From positions 42,696,788 to 42,760,787 of the forward strand of contig CM120640.1 in assembly GCA_051362555.1 (NCBI GenBank): DNA of 64,000 bases. The letters run 5' to 3'. The translations under genes were made by a program, and so were the position numbers. The notes under the pieces are model-generated. The model searched no databases. It saw only the letters and a program-made list of their open reading frames with translations, and was not told where the DNA came from. Every line of letters begins with the position of its first letter. Positions within the stretch are counted from its first letter, which is position 1. This DNA comes from Lingula anatina. Its lineage: Eukaryota > Animalia > Brachiopoda. This document shows positions 15,039-34,519 of this stretch, piece after piece.

Positions 15039-15855
15039 TCTTACAACTGCAACATCTGTAAAATGGTGAGTCAATAAAGTGATTCTTATAATCTGCTAAA
15101 CAGTCTTCATTTCTAATATTCATTAAAGTCATGTTTGTCCAGTTGTGCTCATTACTTGTTTTAAAGGCTTCTTTCCCCTCAGACGGCCCTGCTGCTTGTC
15201 AACAGATTATATAATGTAAGAGAACTGCTGACACCACAGCAGGTGACAAGGCAGGTGTGACTGACAAGAAAGGGTGTCGCTAAGTCAGATTTAAAATTCT
15301 AATGAGTTCGATACAAATTATCTAACAAGAAAAAATTGACAGCTTCTTGCAACAGGATCTGTATAGTAATGGTCTACAACAGAAATAGCTTTTGACAACT
15401 ATTATGTGAACATCACCTAGATGGCAGCACATCCTAGTGCACTTCTGTAATCATATACTTTTGAAATAAATCCCAAGAGTTAACAATTCTCCTCTAACAC
15501 TATGGTTTTTTTCTTTTAAACTCCACAATACAGTGTTATATATGTAAAATGCAAGATAATGGTTAAAACAAAAGTTTGGGCTCTCTTACATCTCTGCCAA
15601 AATGCCCAAAATAAAACACAGAACTCATTTATTCCAGTCTATTTCACCTGAAGGACCCCCACCTCCTAACAAAATAAGCAAATGGTGTTACACTTATTAT
15701 TATTTTATTATATTCAAACTATACCATTTAAATTATATTTAAATGGTATAACTTAACATTATCTTATATATTTATAATCATTGTAAAAATATTACTGCAT
15801 GACATCACAAGATGTGGTAGTTGTGACTGGGTGTGACATGGAGAGCAATCCTTAC

Positions 15856-23869
<8,014 letters not shown>

Positions 23870-24026
23870 GCTCGGCTCTCTCGTATTTGGAGGAGCGAAA
23901 GTTAGCACATGCGTAAAATGCGCTCCGCCATGTTTGTTGTCATAAACAATTTCACCAGCAAAAAATGTAAGTCTATCTGAGCGCACCTTGTCTTTCAGTA
24001 GTTTTATAAAAGAGATATCCCCAAAT
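23870..24026. promoter_or_regulatory. Compact bidirectional promoter shared by CDK7 and the Ubl-domain gene
   Basis: Only 157 bp separate the two divergent ATGs. The region is locally CpG-rich and has a YY1-like CGCCATGTT motif at about 23925-23934. Confidence 0.7.
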
Positions 24027-24224
24027 ATGGGGGCTGGTGCGAGCAAAGGACCGGCAGTTGGTGTGCCCGTGAACCCCAGGGTCCAGTACACGGATGAACT
24101 CGCCCAAAAAGAAGGGAAGGTGAGATGGAAATTCCATGCAAATACCAGTCAGTACATGTACTGTGCATGTAGAACATAACTTACTGGTACTCTCTTAAGC
24201 TGTTACTTAATTTAATTAATTAAT

Positions 24225-24255
<31 letters not shown>

Positions 24256-27200
24256 TTTTATTTATTATTATTATTATTATTTTTTTTTTTTTTGTTGTTG
24301 TTGTTGTTGTTGTTGTTGTTGAATGCTCACCCTATTTTCATTCATGAAACATTTCGTAGCTCTTTTATCAAAGAAAGCCATGTAAAAAGAGTTGAGGAAA
24401 AGATAATACTACATGTAGTATTTTTATTAGTAGTTGCATCAAAATGTACTGGTAATGCACAACATGTTGTTGGTTGGTACCTTCCCATACTACACAGGCT
24501 TCACACAAGCCTCATGCATTCACTATTAGATTCTGGCATTAAGGTTCTTTTGTATGGTTTCATGGGAGAAGGTGAATCACTTTCTACATTTTCTGTAACT
24601 TCACTAGCTGGAATTCTATCAATTAATTCCCTCAAAGCAGAGTCCCACCTGTTTCTAGTACAGATCACAGCAACACAGTCTTTCTCATTTAGCACTTTTC
24701 AGTTTAAGAGCCCTGATTACAAACCTACCACAGTTTGAGTCATGAGGAAGAATCTCCATGTTCACTTTGAAAAAGTAGGGTTATTTCAAGAGAAAGGCCT
24801 TTTGCATCATGCAAAATACACAGTGTACAAACATGATTTTCATTTCATTTGCCCAGACCCTAGTCATAGATGCACCCAATTTAATGGACCTGAATCATGG
24901 CACTGTGAGATACCGATATGTGGAGGATGAGACTGCCCCCAAGAAGAAGCAGAAAAGGACAGAAAAACCACATGAAGTAGACAAAAAACAGATGAAGCAT
25001 GGGTATTTTTATCATGCCAAACTGAATGATTATAGTGAAGGTATCTAGTATGTTTGTGAACTACATTAAAACTATGATATTCATGCTACCAGTGTTTGCT
25101 CTCACATACTAAAGGTTATTAACAGTTATCAATGAATCATTATCAAGATTTAGTTTTTGTAGCACTGCAAAATAAGTACAAAATGTATACAGTTGCACTA
25201 GATGTAGATCGCATTGACGTCCCAATACAGTTACACACTACAGCATAATGCAGAACAATATACTATACTATCTAATATTTCTTTCAGATTTTTTTTATTT
25301 TAAATACATTTTTGTAAGTTCAATCTACTTCACTATTTTTAACTCCATGAATGTGTTATTGTTAATATTAAAAATTTGTTGTGGTAGTACAGGTTGTGTT
25401 AGTTGTACACTCAGTTACAGCTGTAGGAATCACAATGTTTATCAACTTAATTTTTTGCCTTTTCACATCAAGTGGTACAGATTTTTCTTTCTTCAAAAAT
25501 ATTTTTTTGATTTTTTTTTTATATTGTGCCAGTTTGAGAGATTGACAATTTATGCCTGGCTATTATGTAAGCGAATCCTCACACTTGACACAGCTAGTCA
25601 ACCACATCTTTTTACATAGGGGCTTGTGAAAGGCAATAACCTTCAGGCCCCATTTATAATGTAATTTAATGCAAGGATCAATCAAACTGGTACAATACAG
25701 AAAAAATATACAGCCGGATGTGAAAAAGCCCTAGATCCCATTCCCATGGATACCATCAGTCTACCTAGTAGATCAGTGCAACTGCGCAGGGACTCTTGCT
25801 GAGTACAACGCCTCCTCTTGTTTCCAATGTACCCTTATAATCACCAGCTTTTCTATATTCTACTCAATGCCATGGGGAGGCATGTCATCCAGTCAGAGCT
25901 GATTGCACTCAACGAAAGTCCCCAAAGAAATTGATCAATTTATATAGACCAATGGTGTCTATGGGAATGTGGTCTTAGTGTGCCTGTCTGATTACAGATG
26001 CTGGTTATCAAAAGGAAGATTCTTTCAAGTTTCGTTATGTCAACAAAGGCCCAGAAAGTGCAAAAAAGAAGAAATTATATTATGTATATGGAAAGGGTCT
26101 AAATGCCAGAGATACAAGATTTGACAAGCACACAAAAGAAGATAAACCCCAGGGAATTGGTTATGCCTGGCCTAAGTCATTCCGACAACCTCATCACGTC
26201 TATTATCAACTAATCTTTGTGAAACAAGGTAGATATCCACTTGTTGATCATTTCTCTGAAATCTGTCATTTAAAAGGCTTGACTAAATCTAGTCTAAGGA
26301 TGCCTTTTACTGTGTATATACTGTAATAGAGCTAGCTGTACTAAGTCTGAGGAAATCTGATTTACTTTGGATGTGCACATGATCAATCTTTTCCTTCTGT
26401 AGTTATTTCACTTCCTTTCACAAAAGCACCAATTTGACAAATCATTTCACAATTTATGTGTCTGGAGAGCATTCTTCTGGCTGGATTATTCTATGAATTA
26501 TTTGAGTTCTCAAATTTTTATTTGTTATTATAATTTTTTTTTAAGGGGTGGGGTGGGGTGGTGTATGGTGGCCTTTTGGTCTGTGATTCGAACATGTAGA
26601 TACAATGTACTGTGAACAAAATTAAAATTGAACATTACTATAGTCTATACTGTCATTTGGGGCTAGTGCCAAGATTCATTTAAAAATAAACATATTAGAC
26701 TGGTCTTCTGGGGACATGATGCCATTTATCTAAACATCAATACCACAGATGGATTGCTTGTACCAATAAGGATATAATTAAAAACTTATTCCAGCAAAGT
26801 CATTATTAAAAACTTAATCTAGGACAATCCTTTCTGTCCATTTAATCAATCAATAGAATTATTGGCAGTCATTAGGTGGGTTACTATTTTGGTATAGGAG
26901 GAAGTTAAAGGAGGTTAAACATGTTTTTATCCCTTATTGTTAAATTACACATACATTGTACATGTATGTTCTGTAGATGCAGAATTGCCTGTGATTGAAG
27001 GAGAAGATGAGGAGGAAGAGGATGTCGAACCAGAAGCTGAAATTTCAGAGAAGGAAAAAGTTGTAGGGTGAGTTCTTTTGTATTTAATGACTAATGTAGA
27101 AATAAGGGCAACTCTAAGTTTTGGTACACACAGGGTTCTGTTTCCTATTGACCTAATTGACATTTGCATAACCCTTTTCTTTATTCATCAGAGTGGTACT

Positions 27201-29583
27201 GGTTTATATTAATAAATCCAGCCTCAACATAATTTTGTACCACATAAAAAGTTAAAAGTTAAATTGTTTAACTAACACGATCAGAACTCATGGCACCCTC
27301 TTTCATTTTTGAGTTGACTTTAAGAATGGTCTTGTGCAGCATAAGTCAATTACATTTTGCCCTTTTTGAGATTACTTTGAAGTACATGGAAATGTTTTCA
27401 CTTGCTGAGGTTCTTATCTCATAGACATAATATGCCGAACTCATTTTAGTCCAAAACCTTCCAACACAATCCAATTTCAATGCGTGCACATTCAGCTGCC
27501 AACCAGAAACAATTAAACAAACATTAGTTTGTGAAATAAAACAGATTTTTCTGCTTTCATTATGAGACCCAAGACAATTTGCCTTGTTACTTTGATAAGA
27601 AAGGTACATTTCGTATTATTGAAAATTACATTAATTAAGATTTTTTTCTTATTTTGTCAAACATAGATATTTGGAAATGTATTACCATGCCACCATAATT
27701 AATGTCTTGATGTTTAAAAGTAGATTTCTTGACAAAACAGTTATTAACATCTTATCACAGAGTTAATTAGGTTTCAAATTAATTTGATGTTTATTCTTGA
27801 ATCAACCTACTTGCTTTTAAAAAGCAACCAGAATACAATAATTAAGTTTTTTTTTTTTTTTTGAATTGCAAACTTTCAGTGTACTGGCTGAGCTCTAATC
27901 AGTTTAGTATATATATGCTTAATATATTTTAAATATATACAATTTTAATATATACTATACAACTGAATTCATGACGCGATGTAATTAACCAAGTGCAATT
28001 GTGTGAAGATAAAAGATTTATACATATACCATGTACATGTACTGGGAGACTGCATATTCTTATAAATAGAAACTCAACCTATCATAAAAGTTTCGTTAAA
28101 CTTTATACATATTTTCAAACTAGATAAATAGATAAAAAACAATTAATTAATTAACTAATTAATGTAAGATCAATAAAACAAAATACTGAAGTCTACAAGA
28201 AGTCCAATTTATCAGCAATATTCATATCATGAAATAAAAACAATTTGCAGAATAGTTGTAAAAATAATCACCACCTGGACTTATTAGTACAACACAACAT
28301 TATAGGACTATTTAGATATGTTCTTTTTTCATTAAAAGCAGACTTGGTGTCTTAGTGGTAGAAGGGACATAATCTTTCCATTTACTCTCAGAATTGATTT
28401 ATTTTGCCAGATTGCTTTCTATTCCACTTTGGTGATTGTAATACAGTATTCTTGGGTTACACGTCAAATGACAAATATGTCATGCATAAAACCACTATTA
28501 AATTACATTCCTGCATGAAATAGTATTGATTGGAATTACTACACTGGTGTCAGTTAATTTACTTATTTCACATATTTTCAATTTGCTGATCACAAAAAAT
28601 GAATACAACTAGTGACATTGATTTTACTGTCAAAACAAGAGAAAGAAAAGGGAATGTCTGCATGCTTTATGACCTTGTAATTTGAGTCTGTCACATTGGA
28701 TTATAATGCCATGGGTTGTTTGTGAAAATGAGGGGGAAAATCACATGGACAACTGTAGATTTCAACTGAAACTGTTGACCTGTAATTATTTTGTCAGCTT
28801 GTGCTCATATTCAGATCAGAAAATGTGTGTACATGAGTTCTTTTTTTTTTTTGTGAAATCTTGGAGGTATATACATTTCAATTAACATTTAGTGGAACAT
28901 CATATTTGGACTCTTAGTTTGTTACTCCTGACCCCAGCAGGCATATAGATGCACAAACATTACAGGTTTAATTGGTTTTGAGAACATATGCCTGTTATAT
29001 TTAGAACCGCCGATACTAAATGATAAAAATCCTGTATATGTCTTATCTTATATTTCAAGGATGAAAGTGAAAAGCTCTGACTCTGTAAAGGATGTAAAGA
29101 GCCGTCTTGCTATACGCTTGTTAAAGTCAGTTGACCACATCCACATAAGTGTAGGCAGTGAGGAAGCAAGGTAAAAAAATCTCTTTTAATTTTTTCCTCT
29201 TTTATTTCTTTGTTTAAGAAATTGATCTATACACTCTTAATTTCTTTCTAACTTCTTGGTTTTAAGTGTTTATGGGAAAAGTGTTGCCTTTCATTTACCA
29301 CCCCTGTTGCTGGTTAAAAAGATAGCCACAACATTAGCTCCTGGCAGGGTAATACCTTCCTGATAGCCATCTCTTGACCAGCAAAGCCACAACACACATT
29401 ACCAACAGGGCAGCTCCAGATTTCTGAAATTTCACACCGGTCAGAAGTGACATTGATCTATCCTTATGTTAAATGGATTTTTTTCTTTTTTTTTTTTTCA
29501 GGGATGAAGATCAACTACAGACATTACGTAAAGAATCTGATGGTGAATGGGAAAGATTCCGTATTCAGCTGATGGCTGTGTGA
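24027..29583 (+). CDS. Uncharacterised 263-aa protein with an N-myristoylation motif, an acidic linker and a C-terminal ubiquitin-like domain
   Basis: Six phase-compatible GT-AG exons: 24027-24119, 24857-25040, 25998-26228, 26977-27067, 29060-29170, 29502-29583. They total 792 nt with no internal stop. The protein starts MGAGASK. The C-terminus (KVVGMKVKSSDSVKDVKSRLAIRLLKSVDHIHISVGSEEARDEDQLQTL) follows the ubiquitin-fold pattern. Confidence 0.85.
24210..24321. repeat. Compound microsatellite (TTAA)n-(TTTA)n-(TTA)n-Tn-(TTG)n
   Basis: Directly visible in intron 1 of the Ubl-domain gene. Confidence 0.9.
25732..25977. mobile_element. Old fold-back MITE
   Basis: Left arm CATTCCCATGGATACCATCAGTCTA matches the reverse complement of the right arm, CATTCCCATAGACACCATTGGTCTA. 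An inner symmetric pair reads GGGACTCTTGCTGAGTACAA / GGGACTTTCGTTGAGTGCAA. Confidence 0.65.
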
Positions 29584-30903
29584 AACTACTGGGATTTTAA
29601 GTTCCAGTATAGAAAAATACTGTGTCAGATATTTAATGATGCATTATATTTGATCATTGTTATGCCTGATGCTGTGTGATATTTCTTAGTAAATACACAT
29701 ATCTGCAGTAAAACATCAGTTGATTATAATCTGTTTGCAAGAAATTGTTGTTGGCATATATATAAATGTACAAGTATTTTAATCGGAGAAAAAAAACATA
29801 TACATAAAAAAATTAACCAAGCTGGTCTTGTTTGGCTTGAATAGGTTCAGGAAATGGGTGATATATTTTTCATGCATATCTGTCATGTAACAGATGTAGC
29901 TATGTGTTTCCTTTCTCAGTACTTGTATCAGCATTTGTTAGGTAGTGTGCAATTATATTTACAACCAACTTAAGTATAATGTAATGTTGATTATGGCCAA
30001 GTCACACTAAGGACACATTATCTTATACATCATACAAAGCCATGTAACTTCAGCAATGAATTGTTTTAACTGAAAGCCACTGAAAAAAAATCAAGCAACA
30101 ACTTAATGCAGCTTATAAGTTGAAGTTCACATGCAATGAGGTTTACAGTTGAAGTGGCTGCAATATAAATTGTGTTGGAACACTGAAATATCTCAGAATC
30201 AAAGACTTGTGTAACAGCAGGGAAGATTTACCTGCAAATATGCAGCAGTCTCAGACACTATTTCCAGTGAGGTAAATTCCTATCTGTGGGCTAGAGGGTG
30301 GGTTACTGGGGTATAATTGATGAGTTAATTATTACTGATTACTGAAGAGTAGTGCTGATGCAGAGTATAAACTTTTAAGTGGGCTGGTCCTCTTGGTTTA
30401 TACTGTAATGGAAAGGGTGTACGTTTTATTTATCTTAAATGTTTAAGATCGCTTTACTTACCCAAAGGTTACTTTTTGATTGAATGAATGATTGCCAAAT
30501 TGAAAACTATGAAAAGGTGGTATGGTCTTAATAATGTTAATGTAGATGATTGGTATTTTAAAAACACTATTAAGACATAAGTACAGTAGCAAGTCAGGGC
30601 AAGTTAGGTTATGGACACGAAGTAAAAAAAAGTGTAAAAAGATATTTGGTGTGAGTGAATGTGTGTATGAGAGAGAGAGAGAGAGGGAAAGAAAGAGAGA
30701 GAAATACAATGCCGCCTGCACCAACTACCGCCAAGCCAATGCTAGTGCCTGTATTAATGGCGACTTTACGGTACAGCAGTTTGCAGTGTGCATATATTCA
30801 GATTTGATAGATGACTAAATTCATGAGTTTTCCCTGGGAGAATTGTGCTGATTAAAGTCAAATCTCTTGGCCAGGGTTACAACGCCACACATCACCAGTA
30901 ATT

Positions 30904-33661
30904 GTTTTCTACAGTTCCCTCGTGGGGACGCAGTGAATTATTACGCAAAGCTTACATATAGGGATTTATTTTAACATTATGTAAACTATACGTTTAGTTC
31001 GTTAATTCTTCTTCTGTCATGGATGTCTGATTCATAGATTTTTTGCAGTGTTCAGCCGATGTAGGATTTCTTACTAAAGCTATGATGTCTTAAATGGCTT
31101 CTTGTATAAAATCAATTATTTGGTACATCAAAATGTTACAATATTTCCTGGCGAAAACACACGGTCGGGGGGTTATATTTAGTAGCCAGCCAGTCCTTGG
31201 GGTTCGATATTTCTGACTTCGTTTGCTCTACTAGTCATTCCCGTGGTCAAAATGGGAAGTTGAAATTGTATTTTTGCAGCCTTCAGATGTGATATTTTTA
31301 GTAAACCAATTTTGTGAATATTAATAAGAAAGACCTTAAGATATTTTTTCTATTGTATTTTTTTCTATTTAATCGTTGAAAACTTTTCGTCAGGGTTGAT
31401 GCAACATCTTCTTTGCCCGTCTTCCATGGACCGTTTGATAAGATTTTCAATTTAGTCCTCTCTAATGCCTGTTGTCACAACTTGACGAAGATAATTTACA
31501 CGGCTAAGTGCATGGAAATTGAAGATTATCCCAGTAAGATGTGGCATATGCTGTACAATTGGATGCGCCTGATGTCTGATTTTGTACTGGAGGATGGTTC
31601 TTATGGTCAATAAACTACATTATTAAAGAAAAAATTACTGAGTTTCTTTATTGATAGGGTTGAGACCCAACATCGAAAATGAAAGAGAGAAAGAGAGAGA
31701 GAGAAGAAACCATAATTGCATCTTACTGAAGAAATGCAGTGTTTCAACTTGATGGCCCTGAGTAAAATATAGTGACATTGACATGTTTAGAAGAAACGGT
31801 GTTATTTTGGAGCGCTGCCATGTAATTTTCATAAGGACAAGTGCCTCTATGATCGTAAAAGCTCTGGTAATTGAAATGATGTGAGAATACGAGTGACTCG
31901 AAAAAAATCGAAAGTCACTGAATATGTTCACTAATTCTTGGACTTTGAATTGTTTTTTAAAGTTTGTCTATGTAATGGCAAATTCGGTAAATTTGTTGAG
32001 CTGTCTTGGGTAGGAGCGGTCTTGGGAAGGTCAGAAAAGAAGTGTTTTTCTCGTTTAAACCACAAATGTTTGTTCTCCAAAACAAGTCAATCAAATCCAG
32101 ACTTCTTGACTCTCCCAAATATTGTTTTCTGTGACGCGTTTGATATGTTGTACAGATTACCCCCAGTTACAGTTTAACTAAATGTCCTCTGAAGGCATCA
32201 CTACTTTATAAAATCGGCCGGGACTTGTTGACGTGCATTTATCAAGAGCAAACCGACAGTAGGCGAAATGCTACTCCTAAACGCTATCGGTAGACGTATT
32301 AATTCTGATATGTTCCTACTTTCATTTTAGGAAGACAATTGCTTCAAAATACCCCCTTTTAATTGCCCTCTACCAGCGTCACAGATTTGTATTGTGGGCC
32401 CCTTTTCTAACGCAGAAAAGTGCCATCATAGAGACACATACACCTGTCAATATCTAGTGAAAAATCAATCTGTGGTCCTAATAGAGGGTACCTTTTATCG
32501 CGTTTTTTCCACTGTGGACTTGAGCTTCCCAAGGTCGGTCCTTACTGTACCGAGTCTCAGAAGTAGCCCTTCTCTGTTCAGCAGTTTTGCTGACTTTTGC
32601 AAAACAACAGGCAGACCAGTGGCAGATGATATAAAAAGGTTTTAAAATGACTTGAAACTCATTTTTTAAAAAATATAACACTTATTAACCTTTGACAAAA
32701 CTTTTTAAAATCATCTAAATGCGTCGCCCAAGCAGGTCGCCTCAAACGTTTGACAGAGGAACTTGAATTCTTTAATTCTGTCCACATTGATGTCAGTGGA
32801 TTTCTGGCTTCTTCATCCGTCACTACCACTAAAATATATGGGGATACTGGTAGACAAGTAGGAAAGCCTGATTGCACTTTTCGTTTGAAGTGAAGCATCC
32901 TGTGGTATTTTACAAAATGTATTCCTGCCCACAGAGACGCCTTCAGCATTATCATTATTAAACAACTATTTTTTCCGCTTTCTCGTCCTTTTTTAGTTAA
33001 CTAACTACATTTTTATTAGTACTTTTTATTTTTGCAATATTGCATGCAGTGGTGGTTGCCATGGACGTTTGACTGTGATGCATATTGATTCTGTTTCCGT
33101 TCAGGGATGCCTTTTCGTGCGAACTGATTGAAGATAGGAGTCCTTATTTCTATCCTTGCTTGAATATCACTGCTAAAATCTTTGAATTCTGTTGAAGCCA
33201 CAAGCCGGCAACGTGCAGCTGTAACGAAAAATTGATTAAGGAGGCTTTTGTTGTGTTACATATGCTATAACTACCCAACTTTGTTTCATTGTAGATGGTC
33301 TGTTTTCATGTTTCCAGTAACGAGCAAGTCACCAGGAAATTGTGTCTTTTTAAGGACAGTGGTTTTAATAAGGATTTTCGAAACTTTGTTGTGGTTTTCT
33401 CTCTGCGTGAGGGCCCATTTCTGACTGAAAAAATACGCGGCTTAGTTTTTTGTCTATCATTTTTTCCCTTTTATTCCACTTTTTTTCTGTCAGTTTACTG
33501 TATTTCATTCCCATTTAATTTGTTTTGATTGACCGTTTCAACTAAATTCTGTAATCCAAAAACGCTAAAAAGCAATAACAAGAAAGAAAACAACGAAGAA
33601 TAGCGGACCAAGGATGTGAATTGAATTCAATTCACCACGTCCTCGAGGGGACCCAAAGAAG
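30904..33661 (-). mobile_element. Heavily decayed DNA transposon, possibly Sola1-like
   Basis: Imperfect ~35-bp TIRs (..TTCCCTCGTGGGGACGCAGTGAATT vs ..TCCCCTCGAGGACGTGGTGAATT) with AATT on both flanks. Interrupted minus-strand protein-like segments (TRHRKQYL, ISNPKDW..IIDF) resemble Sola1 transposase motifs as I recall them. Confidence 0.45.
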
Positions 33662-34359
33662 AATTCTACATTTATTCGCCAATATGCCTGAGTATGTCTG
33701 AGAAGATAGTGGCCTAATAAGCGAGGTATCATACCAATGAGTATTTCACAAACCGAGATTCTGTGACGAGATTGTCAAAATAAGTGGTTTATAAGACAAG
33801 TTGTCTTCACCTTTTGCAACTTTTCAGTATAACCCAATAATAAAACACTGTATATAGTGTATGTATGTGGTTTATTCTTTCCTGTGCCAGATGGCCATTT
33901 CGTAGCGGGAGGAAACACCACATGGCCAATATAAATGTATCTTTTATCAGATGTGTAAACATTTAGTACTTAACACAGTTGTAGATACACAAGCAATCGC
34001 CGCTATGTCTTGATACGTCCATAATAATCACCAAAAACGTAATCAGTGTCGGAATCGGATAAGACATGTCGGTGTATATGTTTGTTTTCAACGATGTGAA
34101 GATTGTGTACACTATAATTTTGTAGCCCAACTTTCATTTCTTTGCCACTGCCAATCGGAATAGATTCATATAAATAACAAAATAATAATAATAAATTCCT
34201 TAGGGGCACAGTCACGTAAAAGCGTGAAACTACAGGCCTAATTTTTGATTTGTGATTGCAATGGATCGATCAGTTAACATAGATATCAGTCATGACAGCT
34301 CAGCCTAAAGAGTTTGGCATATTGCCACTTTCATTTAAGTTCCGTTTGATCACCGGCAA

Positions 34360-34519
34360 CAGGGGCGGATCCAGGATTTTTTGAGGGGGGAGGGGTCTGG
34401 TTTTTAGGGATTGACAATCTTGGCGATAGGTTCAACTAGACGTTATTTGGTGCAATTTTTTATCAGAAATCGAAGGAGGGTCAGGACCCCCCCTGATACT
34501 CCCTCTAAATCCGCCCATG
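34360..34519. mobile_element. hAT-like MITE with a 5-bp TSD
   Basis: Termini CAGGGGCGGATCCAG..CTAAATCCGCCCATG. GGCAA is duplicated at 34355-34359 and 34520-34524. Confidence 0.8.

Noticed and set aside
24292-24738. 148-aa ORF with a poly-Leu start
   Set aside because: The poly-Leu comes from a (TTG)n microsatellite in an intron.
27667-27720. Possible extra exon of the Ubl gene (YLEMYYHATIINVLMFK)
   Set aside because: The donor is weak and out of phase with the next exon. Exons 4 and 5 already join in frame and complete the Ubl pattern.
30840-30895. SINE-like motif GATTAAAG..TCTTGGCCAGGGTTACAAC
   Set aside because: Too short and diverged to delimit, and no A/B boxes were found.
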